NCBI GenBank assembly: GCA_051362555.1
Contig: CM120641.1
Coordinates: 22,630,001-22,694,000, forward strand
From: Lingula anatina
Lineage: Eukaryota; Animalia; Brachiopoda
Direction of reading: 5' to 3'
DNA: 64,000 nucleotides
Part shown: positions 39,876-60,037 of the stretch, piece after piece
How positions within the stretch are numbered: the stretch's first letter is position 1
Layout of the letters: each line of letters opens with the position of its first letter
The notes under the pieces: generated by a model
Seen by the model: the letters and a program-made list of their open reading frames with translations, nothing else
What the model was told of the DNA's origin: nothing
The model's database searches: none
Program-made: the position numbers and the translations under genes

Positions 39876-42814
39876 ATATATCTCTAACTTATTTGATTTT
39901 TACAGCTAAAACCAAAGCCATTAACTGAAGATGTTTCGGGGAAGAATTGAAGTTAAAACTTTTTCTATTTTATGAGTGCACCGCAAACAAAATATACTTC
40001 TTTCTAGACAAATTCCCAATAACAGTGTTGTAGGGAACTGAAATTTGGCCCTCCAACTTCATACTACTTCTTTAAAAAAAGAATAAACATACCTCAGCTG
40101 CTGCAAGTAGTAGAATACAAATGCATTATTTGTTTATAATAACAAGTGTTCTTTTGTGTATAAGGCATCAGATATAATCCTATATTTACTGAAGCACTTT
40201 TGAACATGCGATATGTTTATCTTTGGAAAAAAAAGGCAATCAATAGTTTAGAAATTAACTTTCAATAGAAAATAATGTCTCAAGAATCACATTCAACTTC
40301 GAAAAGAAATTTTTACGAGCTTCACAGTCTATGTGTGCTTACGCATGTGTATGTATGCGTGCGTGAGTGCTTTGTGTGTGTTTATGTTAGGGACTCTACT
40401 ACTAATGAGGAAAAAAAGCATCTTGGCTTAAGTGTGTTCCCATGTTTTCCTCTCACTGCCCTCCCCCTACAAAAATGTATATCACAGAACCAGAAAGTTA
40501 TAACTCGCAATGATATATAACATGGGTGAGTAAGCCAATCTTTAGGTTCGTCGACTCCCATCAAAAATATCATTCACACGCGGCAATCTTCATATGAACG
40601 TTTCAGAAAAGTTTGGTCAAGGACCATGAAATCATTTTGACGAAATGCAACGTGACCATGCGAACAGCAGTAGAAAACAACACTCTGTTTTCCCTCAGTC
40701 GGAGAAGTGTATACACAAAGTTGATGAAATCACAGCTATTGCGTGAATTCTGAATGAAGTCGGGAATAACCATTGTTGAACTTAGCTGCTGGCTAAGTAC
40801 ATAGACCATTGCACTCGGCACCGCACAATTACTTTTAATTCGAAAGGTGAGAGTTGCAACCAACCCTTACACCAATTCTGATGTACGATTGTTAAAAAGA
40901 CGGGGTATATTAGCCCCCTGGAGGGGGAATCTGGGGCCTTATTTGAGCCATAAGTGAGTACTCCGATAAAGATGACAAGTTTGTGTAAGAGACGCGCCGA
41001 AATTAACGTCTTGCCAGAAGTTTTACATGTATATAAAGCAGTATTTGTGACAATATTGTGGCAAGGGCAGACTTGATTGATATATCTGCCAAAATCTTAC
41101 TTTCCTCCAGGCTTGCTCTAGGCACTCGCTGTGGAGGAACAAGATTTCACACTAGGCTGCAAATTCCCGAGTAGTGATTAAATCTGTTTATTGAAAAGCT
41201 TCTTTTAATCCTCGTGTCCTTATTAAAATGGACTTCAAACCCACGCATCAAAAAACATATTGCGTGGCCAATTTGTCAAACATTATCCGCCCAAAATACC
41301 ACAAGGGAAAAAAAGTTTGTTGCCGGTGTCATCAACCCATCGTTTGATGCAACTGGCAGTATTTATAAATGAAAAACGCTTGATCATCTCCTAAGACACA
41401 TACTTGGATTGCTCCTTTTAGGGCACTGCCAAATGTTGTCTGTGAACTAAAGATGTATTACATTATTTTAATGTAAATTTTATTCAAAAATGGTCCGAAG
41501 TCCAAACAACGAAATAATCCCTTTCTTTACCGCCGCACGGGTATAAAAAATTCAACCTGTGTCAAAGGATGGAAAAAGCATGCAGTTACCCTAAATAGTA
41601 TTACTGAATCATGTAAAGTGAGCGAATGAAGTGTGTAAGTTTAACTTTTTGTAAGTAACATAGTCATCTATGAAGTACATAAATAGCTACATGCAGATAT
41701 ATTGAGTCTATGGAATATATGAACAGTACCATTCTGAGGCACTGAGCCTCCGGTAACGTTATGTCTGCATCAAGGGGTTTTGTTAGAGCTCGTTGGTCTG
41801 CATCCGGCAATGTCCCTGATACAGGGTGTATAAAATTGAGAAAATTTCAAGAGCTTCTTTATCTTTTTCAGAACCAGAATGAATTTGCCTATTAACCTCG
41901 CCTGCTTGTTACCATGTCCTTAAACGGTGCTTTCTCGAAGAAAATATTTTTGCAATAAATCAAATGTTGATGGACGGTGATAGGGGATATTCTCTCATAT
42001 GTAACAAAGGCTACTTCTGAATAACGCGCGGACAAGCAAAAAACACTTTTGTAAAACGTAAAGAGGCAGAACATGACAAGTGTCAGATGTCTACTGTTTG
42101 ACAGCAGTGTAATCTCACTAAACACGGAGTGACAGGGAGACCATGTACACAGGACCCGAGTCGTCTGTGGACACGCCCACTTTCCCTGACCATAGCGTGT
42201 TATTTTGGACTAAATTAACAATGATGAAGGGACGTTCAAGAATTGTAAAAAAAAATCCCTAACAAAATACAATTGAACAAAATCGATAGTAAATTTTACG
42301 GTATATCTTAAAGATGATTGTCAGTGCCATCGAATAAACATGAATAAATTCAACTTCAAAAACTTGATAAGGTTTTTACTGTTTTAATTAAGGTAAACAA
42401 ATTAAAAAAACATTTTTGTGAGAGCCTTGGTTGAAACTGAAACTTACCCCCTCGTGAGCCAGTCCCTTCTTCTCTCTGTCCAGTAGTCACGGATGTAGAA
42501 GGTTCCATTTTGTCTAAGCGTTCCTGTAATTCCCTAATTAATTCCCCTTGTCGCTTCATGTTCATATTCTGTTGGTCCAGGCGGTCCATCATCAGTCCCA
42601 CGGTGCCTAACATCTGGGAGATGGCTCCCTCACACTCGCAACGGTTTGTGACATTCGCTTCCCATTTGGGTGGACTGATTTTGACAAAAACTGTGGCAAT
42701 GTTTGGTTTTCTTCCGCTTGTCTGTCCCTCACACAGAACGCATGTTAGCAACAGCACTGCCAGGTATCTCACAGGGAAGAAAATCCCAGTCCACGACGTC
42801 GCCTGTGTTGGCAT
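34741..42814 (-). CDS. Glypican-family heparan sulfate proteoglycan, atypical (coiled-coil N-terminal exon, no visible GPI signal), about 550 aa
   Basis: Exons 42448-42814, 38725-38847, 37766-38166, 37379-37532, 36859-36989, 35956-36209, 35107-35282 and 34741-34787, with all phases compatible. Glypican motifs: FRRTYGLLY, YLDC, C...FCPRC..RPCQGFCVNVMKGC, ISDAI..YQEN, RRRQKR furin site, KCWNG, NPEV, SGSGSG followed by acidic residues. Linkage of exon 1 is inferred from its signal peptide and phase. Confidence 0.85.
35808..35843. repeat. (TG)n microsatellite
   Basis: Directly visible. Confidence 0.9.
39780..39870. repeat. Compound (TA)n(GA)n microsatellite
   Basis: Directly visible. Confidence 0.95.
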
Positions 42815-45390
42815 GATTGGAGCTTACTGTTTTCGTTTTACTGTAACGGTATGTAAACTCGTGTTAAAGAAATTTCCACCGATGCGGACTCGAAAAATTT
42901 TAATTTTTGCGCATCTGTTTCTCTGAAGACTTCAACCGGGACTTTTTCCGTTTAATCAGTCTCGACAGGTCGCGTTACTAAAATGCAGTAGCGCCGCAGT
43001 GTTGTTGAACTCAACTGCTTTCAAAATAGTTTCACGCGACCGGCTAATTGGCGAAAGAAGGAGGCGGAGCGCTGGCAGAAAAGGCTGAATCTGGACGGTT
43101 CAAACTATTTCTTCTGTCTCTACTCCACGGAATGCGTTGGTCGCCGGCGGTAGTTTGCGTTTGAAAAACATTTGTGAAACATTTCCAAAAGCAAGTTGGT
43201 TATAGATTACAGGACCAGATATATCAAACCATTTAGAAAAAGAAAACTGCTTGAAAGGGTCTGAACCCAGCCTGCTCTGTAAATACAGTAACAGAGAGAG
43301 GGGTATTGTTTGCCATGCAAAACATTATTTACCCAGGTGAAGGGGGCAATGGCGCTTATTTCACCTTGTAACAGATCAAAAAAGAAAGGCGTGTTCAGCA
43401 TGTCAAATGACAGGACTGATGTGCAGATACAATATATGTACTGTGAAGACCCTGTATTGCCACCAATTCCAGATAAATATTGACACTACGGCCTTGTTAA
43501 TATTAGAAGATGGTTGCGTCATACTGGCGCATTCGGGCATCTATCTGAGTAGGTATAGATAGCTAATTGAGCGGACAGAGAACGCACCCGGGACACATTA
43601 ATGGACTTCGTCGTCCGGCGTTTAGGGGGCTTTTTCATCAACGAAGGTGGCTTGGTGCGAGGTCACAGGCTGTTTAATGATCATGATAAAAGAGGGTCAA
43701 AGACTCGGCAAACTAAAGGACTTGGTGCTCACCTTGGCGCACTGCCCCCAGTTTACATTTTACTATGTCAATTAGTGCACATACCACCTCTGCTGTTTTT
43801 CAGTCTGGCGCTTGTCTACTCTTGTGTGGAGCAAAGCTGCTTTAGAAAAAAATATACAAGTGTTTTTGTGTGTCAATTGATGTTGTATATATTACACGTT
43901 ATGCCGATTGATACATTTAGACCGGCTTAGTTCGCTTAATTTAACTCGTTTCCCGACTAGGATAAACACATTGATGTGCGGAAAAATAACTGAAATGCTC
44001 TCTGTTCAGACTGCTAATCTGTCCTTCAAGGCGGCGCAATTTCTTAAATCAGCCATCAAGAGCCACAGGCTAAAGTTTCTCTAACGCAACTTGATACGAA
44101 AAGGTACAACGTCGGAAGCTGGGAGCGAGTTGCCCACTCAGCGTAAATAACACAGCTATTCCATTTTACGTATCTCGTTTTATGTATCTAAAGACTGTTT
44201 CCACAGTTCTCCGTTTTCGTTTATTTCCTTTATACCATTTCTCGTGATCAATCGTTTGTACAAACTTAATTAAAATTTCGCGTCGTACGAGTTTTACGAC
44301 TGCGCAAATAACGTCTCTTGTCCAACCTTACACCTCTGTGCAGCAACAGAGAACTACTAATATACAAACGTTTCTTTCAAAGAATGACTAATAATTGTTA
44401 CCTAATTCTAAATGATGGATTGGATGTCGTCTGCTGACCTGTGAAGATCCCATTAATCATTCCATTCAGCAGCAGCAGTTCTATTTAATTTTCTACTGCA
44501 GTTCTTCTCTACCGCACCACGTCAGCTCGACGTATTCTCTAATAATGAGCGTCATTAATTGCGTATTGCTACGTGACATTCTCATAAATGAGGTTTTGAT
44601 TTGTTAATGTAACGTGACGAAATTGAACTCCATTTACCAACGACTCTGTGGCAGTTTGATATCTTATGATTATGGGGAACCAAAGACACGACCATAAAAC
44701 ATTGAATTCTAGACGTACTAATACACGGGTAACATCCAGATTTGTCTCATATTTCTGACACAAACCGACTCCGTGTTAAATCAAAACATTCATAATATAA
44801 AGACACGGAGAAGGTTGACTCCTCCTCCATTCCATTTCCAATAAAATAGCTGTGATTTATTGCTGATGCAACAGGGTTTACGAATGATCTAATTCTCCCT
44901 CATCAGAACTTGCATTTAAACTGTGTTATCAAACAATGGGCGACTGTAATAAACATTTTAAGTTCATGTGAATTGATGGACCCTTTTTACCTTATTAGAT
45001 GACCCCTACCTCTTGCAAAAAGACCTGCAAGGCCTTACCTATTCAGTTTCAGAGAGTTTTGAGATTTTTTGTCAGGTTTCAAGTTTATAAAATGATGTTA
45101 GGTGTTTTTAATATATCTTGTGCTTCACGCCATTGCTGCCGCCACATAGGCCTATTAAGTAGCTTATGCGGTAGTTTGGACCTCATCTTTACCATAAGTC
45201 CAAGACACATTGTTGCCCATCTATAAAATTCATCGCATTCCTAGATTTCAAAGTCGTCCTCCAATTAGTATCGAAGTCGTAGCTCCAAATAGGTTTCACA
45301 GCCGTTGTGCTAGAGAAGAGATATCTACTGCCCCTTTTTATGTGCAGCTAACACACCTTTCAGATAAAATACGATAAACAGGTGTCAGTC

Positions 45391-45451
45391 AGTTCCCCAT
45401 TACTTTTTTACAGGACTTCCATTCCTAAAACTACCATTCCTGTCACGCTGG
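45391..45451 (-). mobile_element. Internally deleted fragment of the 170-bp MITE family
   Basis: gttccccattacttt...actaccattcctgtcacgctgg matches the interior and terminus of 34069-34240. Confidence 0.55.
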
Positions 45452-45675
45452 CCTAAACAGAAATCGTTAAGTCTCCAATGTCAAGGAGCGTTTGATTACC
45501 ATTGCCTGCTCTGTAACCGCACTATCGCCCTAAGTATTCAAGCCACTGGCACAATGAATAATGCACTGTGTTGGGAAAAGATTGGGCTTAATTTGGAGGT
45601 GGGGATGGGGAAGAATCGGGTGCATTTTCTAAAGACTAAGCTTGTTTTGTTAAAATCAATGTGAACGTGGCCATA

Positions 45676-53930
<8,255 letters not shown>

Positions 53931-55333
53931 AGTATAAACACAAACGGGGAACTTAAGGACCCACTATCACATGATTTAGTTCAGAGGTCGTATGTATTTT
54001 CTCATTTTCAGTTGGCATTACAATACGACTTTTTAAAAATATGGTTACATTCAAAAAGTGGTCAACAGATAAGGTGCTGCCCATAAAATTTGAAATAACA
54101 TACAGAAAACAAACAAAAAATCAACATGGGGTAATATATATGGTAGACCCCAAATGTTTCGCATTAAGATTACCCACATGATATGAAAAACAACTGATAA
54201 CATAATTTCAAGTACATAACCTCATTGGGTCATGTACTTGAAATGAGTTGGCGACGGATCGGCAGATTAGGGATGAAATCAAATAAGACGAATTACAAAA
54301 AGTTAATTCAAATTTTAGAGAGGAAAAATGCATCGAATTTAGTGGAGACGTTCAGAGGCTCAATACGGAAGAGTTGGCAATGACTTTCTTTCAAACTGAA
54401 TGAAGTCCAGAAAATTGATGTTGAATACAGTTTTTTTTTTCTTTAACGAGCAGAAACGGGAGAGTTGACATTGGCTAACATGAAAAAGGAGGCCCATTCA
54501 ACATGCAATGAAAATTGAGCAATTTTATCTGATAAATCGCCGCTTTTATATTTGAACAATGTGAGATAGGATGTACCGGTACCAGTGATCACATTCAACG
54601 TTCAAAATACAGGAACTTTGGACAACAGACTTTTTCAGAATATATTTTCAACATTTTGTATGACTAACAACAAACAAGAGGCGATAATTGTGTGCAAGAC
54701 AGCATTGGCAATTGTTCACAGAAGACGAGAAAACATTCACATTCCATGTATTTGACATGATTAAAAATCTTGAACAATTTAGAAAAAATAACGACATCTG
54801 CATGGTACGTATAGTTGACATAATGAAAAAATATTGCAATTTATGGTTTCGTTTTAGGTGTCCATGTTAGGTGGAGTGTGCGTGTTCACTTTTTCATGGT
54901 CACTACATTGTAGACATGCTACTTTTCTCACTCGCTCCTCGCAGTGTATAGCTTTCTCGACAAAATATATATGTATAGGCCACTTTAATGAACGTTTTAA
55001 AGACCATTCATTTTGCAGTCAGCTACAGCCAAATTAAATGGTTGCATCTATTTTCAACTCAAATGTTCTGGCAGGAAATTTTACTAGAGGGGTTGTGTCC
55101 TAATATGTCTTATAGACAAACCATTTAAAAGGAAGACATATTTTTAATTTTTCACTCATGATATTATGTAAAATTCATTTTTAGTCGTTATGTTAGGGAC
55201 ACGTTTATGCATTAAATGTTTATTACATATTCCGTATCCTGCTTAAAATCCCTTTAACACAATTTAGACTGTATGACAATAACGCTGCCGCTGTGTATAT
55301 ATTTGTTGTCCAACGCTAGCAACCTGGCTCCAT

Positions 55334-58300
55334 CTATTTGGTCAATCCGAGGTGAAACAACTTTCGGAAAGGAGCAGGACCTTCCCACCAGCCTCTGCAA
55401 AAGATCGAAATATCGTGAGCACAAGTAATTGGCTGATTTCGGAATATTTAAATGACAGTATTCCGGTGACAAGTCTGAGAGAGAGAAAGAGAAAGACAGA
55501 GAGAGGGGGGGGAGACCCTTACTTTAGCATCAGGTTGTAACATACAGGAAGAACATGTTTCTTCGTAAGTAACATCGTGCGTCTTTCCTTAGCTTGGTTG
55601 AATGGGAATGTTTCCATTGGATGACCGTCGAAGCCAAACTCTGCCATAACACAAGTTTCGTAGCTAGTGACCAATGGACAGGACGTATATCCGTCGTACT
55701 GAAACAAACAATCAAATTTGAACACTTTGGGTGTGTACCTTTAATTTGTCTTCGTCGGATATTATTTACCACATTTAATTGCATTTAAATCAGCTGCGAA
55801 GTAAACATGCCCACCTTTGGTACTAATTCTTTTCCATTCATTGCCGCTGTGATATTTCTCCTCAACACACCGCACTGACTTGCTGGAATGGAACATTTTG
55901 CACGCTCTTCTTAAGACCAATCTGAATTTTTCTCAGTATGATTTTTGTTGCATATTTACGTCATCATATTTTAACCAAAGCTATTATTCAGATATTAATT
56001 TATGCCTTCGGCAAAAAGTCACAACAGAACAAAAAAACAGGTAAACAAAAATGGCATAAAATGATGAAACCTGCGGCGGCTGCAGTCTTCGATGTTGGAA
56101 CATTGGTGCAGTCTCCAATGGCAAAGATGTTCGGGTAGACCACGTGCTGCAGGGTGTTCTTATTCACGTTCACATAGCCGGTTGGATCCACTATTGGGCT
56201 ATTCATGAGCTCTGTGGGAGGGGTCATAGGAGGGGTGACGTGCATGAAATCATACTGAAAAAGATGTGTGTCTATGTTCAAAGTGAATACAGTCAAATAA
56301 AACATGCAAAAAACGAAAATAATGTCAGAGGGAGAGAGAGAGAGAGAGAGAGAGACTGACTGACTTACCGGAAGTGTATACGTTTCTCCTGTATCCAGCT
56401 TCATAAAATCTGCCTCCTTCTTATCCGGCCGCACTTCAACCAAATTTCTCTTGAAATTTACCTCTATGCCTCTATAGGAAAAGTGTAAAACACGTAAATA
56501 AATTATAATTAACATAAAAAGTAAAAAATTGGTAAATTTTGATTTAGCATCGTGATACTTACCTTTCTTTACATATTTGCTCCAGTACCTTGGCGTATTT
56601 TGGTGCACTAAACATGACGCCAAGTGCCGTATTGTAGATCAATTTAGTCTTGTTTTTAATTCCGTTCTGAATGAAAAGATGACAAAAATAATATAAAATA
56701 TAAATAAATAAACTTTAGAAATGCTGTGATTTGGATTAATATTCTCAGCTGCAACCGAAGTAATCAGAAATGATCTGAGTTTTATAATACGCGCACTTTT
56801 AATATCCAAAACCAAAAGCTGAATTTTCGAAAACAAGTTAACAAGCAAACAACTCTGTTGCGATTATATGGATATCACGTCATTTGAAAACAGGCTAAAT
56901 CTTTTTATTGGGCTCATAAGAAAATATTTCGAAAGTTTGAAAACGATCCCTACCTCCTTCCACTTGGACTCGGCTAAGTACATTATCTTCTGGGGGGCTC
57001 CAGCGCATTTGATGGGCGTATTGGGTAGCGTGAAGACCGCGTTGCCGCCCTTAAATGTCTCAATGCCATTGATGGTACGAGACACATATTTTGGGGAGTA
57101 GTTGGTGACTAAGTAGGGATCAACGTCAAATGCTTCAGGTAAACCTTTAATCTGCAGTGAGAAATGCACAATTGAAATCTAATATAGATTAATGGCTTTT
57201 ACATACAAGCATGGAGAAAAAAAACATCTGTATTAGAAGATAATAATATATACATATATATATAAATATATACGTGCACTAGGTTTTTTGGATTTAATTA
57301 CGTTTAAATAATATGTTCTATTCGTGGCAATTTCATTTAAAAAACAAAGAATGGTAAGACTTGCATATTCGTAATGCAGCTGCAAACCCATGGCAACGAC
57401 TAGAAACTGGTACTTGATCTGGAAGAGAAAAGAGTAAATTCAATGAACTGAAGTGAAATGAATGACTCAACCCTTTCATATGCTGTCAATTATTTACGTC
57501 TTCTACTATACATCCGACCACCTTTGCCTATTTGCGTTGAGGTTAACAAATAAGTTAAAATAGGTAAAAAAAATGTGGTTTTATTTTATATAAAAAAAAA
57601 GGTTAAACCGAGACACCAGACCTGATCCCCCGCTGCAGTTGTTACAATATCGTTCTTGGGGTCGAACTCCACTGCCTTGTCCTTGAACCAGTCACAGGTG
57701 TCGGGGATCACAGACGACATCGGCCTCGCGGAATTCTCCATTTTTTTCAGCCCTCCTCCAATTAGCGTAAACATGGCTTGATTGTAGTGAACCTGTAACA
57801 TAATACATTTGCGAAGGAACTAAGTAAGGGAATTGTGTAATTTTTTCAAAACCACGCCAGTCGTTAGCACAGTAAGCATGGGGCTAAGAAGAAGCCTTCG
57901 CTGTCCCTATTTTTTGACTGCCCCCTACACAAACACACGCGCACACAATTACTAATTAATGTAAATTAAAAGAACCGTTATGTTTCAATATGTTTCATAT
58001 TATTTTGTAAGCTCATTAAACGAGGTGATCTGATCACATGGTTATGAATATCTTTATTTTGTTCTATAATTCATCTACTTTTCCCCATCTCTGATTATTT
58101 TTACATGACTACGCGCAAACGGGCAATCTGTTACACAGTAATATAGTTTGCCTTCCTTTTTTATCGATGTTTGTATGAGTACTTTAGTTTCTCATTTCCA
58201 TAACAAAAGTACTTCACTATAAGAAACAAGCTGGAAGTGTTTGGTGGATACGACCGTAAAAGAAGATCCCCCCACTTCCCCGCCCTCAACACACGCATGC

Positions 58301-58978
58301 ATACAACCATAGTGGTTCATTTGCTAAGCTGGAAAAGACATCATCAGGCTAACTTAATACGATTGCCAAGTTGCACTGGCTTGGTTTCAAGTAGGTCCTT
58401 GTGACAATCTTCTTCAGGAAAACACGTCGACCAATTTACGTGAAATTAAAGGCATAAAGTAAGCACACGAACTATTAGAATGCATCTTGGAATAACTTTC
58501 CATTTTTTTTTTTCTATTTTCATTTCTTGCATACGCATCATCAGGTGTATGCCGCTCTCCTCACGTTCACCTTAGTATTCATAGCACGTTGTGATTTACC
58601 GAGTACAGGCGTGGGACTGCAACAGCCGCGCGTGAAAAAGCAATTGTTTACTAATAATTAACTACTACTTTTCAACTCTTCAGAGGCGACCAAAACGGTC
58701 TGTGACTTTGCTCGTATAATAAATACACACAAAAAGCTACACTTCACTCGTGAACGTTTTTGCGCACTTACATCAGACGGCTCAATGACGGCAACTTTCC
58801 CTTTGCCCAGTTTAGACCCAAACTTGCTGGCAATGGCCGAACCACCAGCTCCAGAGCCAACGACCACCAGTTCATAGTTCTGTGCCCCAAGACGTGAAGA
58901 TGTGCTGAAATAGGAAACTTTAAAAGGCTTTGGAGCTGCACAACGAAGCAGCAAAGTAGCCCCTCTACTGCCAGCCAT
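55334..58978 (-). CDS. SQOR: Sulfide:quinone oxidoreductase, mitochondrial, paralog A (about 441 aa)
   Basis: Exons 58772-58978, 57622-57792, 57365-57418 (GC donor), 56954-57151, 56563-56666, 56369-56471, 56071-56254, 55815-55882, 55523-55698 and 55334-55394. Internal exon sizes are identical to paralog B. Motifs: VVVGSGAGG, PIKCAGAPQK, AIGDC...SKTAAAA, YDGYTSCPLVT, GWWEGPAPFRKLFHLGLTK*. Confidence 0.95.
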
Positions 58979-59998
58979 AGTTAACAAACAGAGAAATTGT
59001 GTCGCTGTATGAATAATCCCGTTCTCGCTAAGAGGCGCGTGCGTGACCTTGGCACCTAGGCGTCACGTTTTCCCGTTTTGACTTTTAGTACATACACGTT
59101 CTCCTATGAAAAGGGAATGGATCGTATAAAATATAAGGCAATGAATACGTAGTGTTTAACCACTATCTCAGATAATGATGAACACTTAACAATTGAGGAA
59201 CATTTCTGTGGCATTCTAAAACTGGAAATTCTGACACCGTCCGTCGTTTCAAGAAAGGGGTTCGTTACATTTTTCACACTCATGAACAGATATTAGGCCC
59301 TATGCCGCTCGAACTTTTTTATTCGGTCTGTATTGTAGAAGAGATTTACCTTCATTCATACGCACACCATTGCCATTCACAAAACAGATCATTGAAACGG
59401 ATTAAATTATAATATCAATAAAACAAGGGTGAAAACATGTTGGAAATGAAAAAAGTTTTTATTCTAAAATAGTACATCTTTTGTACAACTCTAATCACTG
59501 CTTACTAAAATTTTAATACAAATTAAATTTTGTGGCGTAGTTGACGGGTTAAAATGATTAAAACACTCCTGAATGGCGTCAAGATGAACAAAAATTAGTC
59601 CCAATAAAATGTTCGTGCATCATTCCGATTAAAAGATTTTATATAAATTCTATAAATATCAACCATCCTGACGTCTATAACAATCTGGTTACAGTAACGG
59701 TAACTGCACGTCACCATCATCACAGCCCTTCAATATCGTCTGCTCCAAATACGACTAGGATCTTCTGTTAAAAAAAGGAGAAATCAAAATTTTCAATTAT
59801 AAATTTAAGAAAAATGTAAAGAAAGTCGAGATGTCATAACGATTTTTTCGCAGTTTTTTCTAATGCCTGTAAAGCTGAAGTAGTAATATATTAAACACTT
59901 TGTGACCTTCAAAACTATCATAGTCCTCCTCTTGAATAATTGTTCTATCGCGTCTTCTGTGGGGTTCACCTTGCTGACAAGGCAAGGACCTTTCCGTG

Positions 59999-60037
59999 TG
60001 ACGTGGATTACGTCATCTCAGAGCCAGTCCACGTGAC
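59999..60037. promoter_or_regulatory. Candidate bZIP/bHLH site cluster (UPRE TGACGTGG, CRE-like TGACGTAAT, CCACGTGAC) about 1 kb upstream of SQOR-A
   Basis: TGACGTGG at 59999-60006, ATTACGTCAT at 60007-60016, CCACGTGAC at 60029-60037. Motif match only. Confidence 0.35.

Noticed and set aside
42510-42926. 138-aa plus-strand ORF
   Set aside because: Antisense shadow of the glypican first exon, non-ATG start, no recognisable motif.
43601-43930. 109-aa plus-strand ORF upstream of the glypican
   Set aside because: No recognisable domain and no supporting splice partners identified; likely a chance ORF.
55334-55474. Alternative SQOR-A last-exon acceptor at 55475
   Set aside because: It gives a non-homologous C-terminus. 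The acceptor at 55395 restores GWWEGP...LFHLG, matching paralog B.
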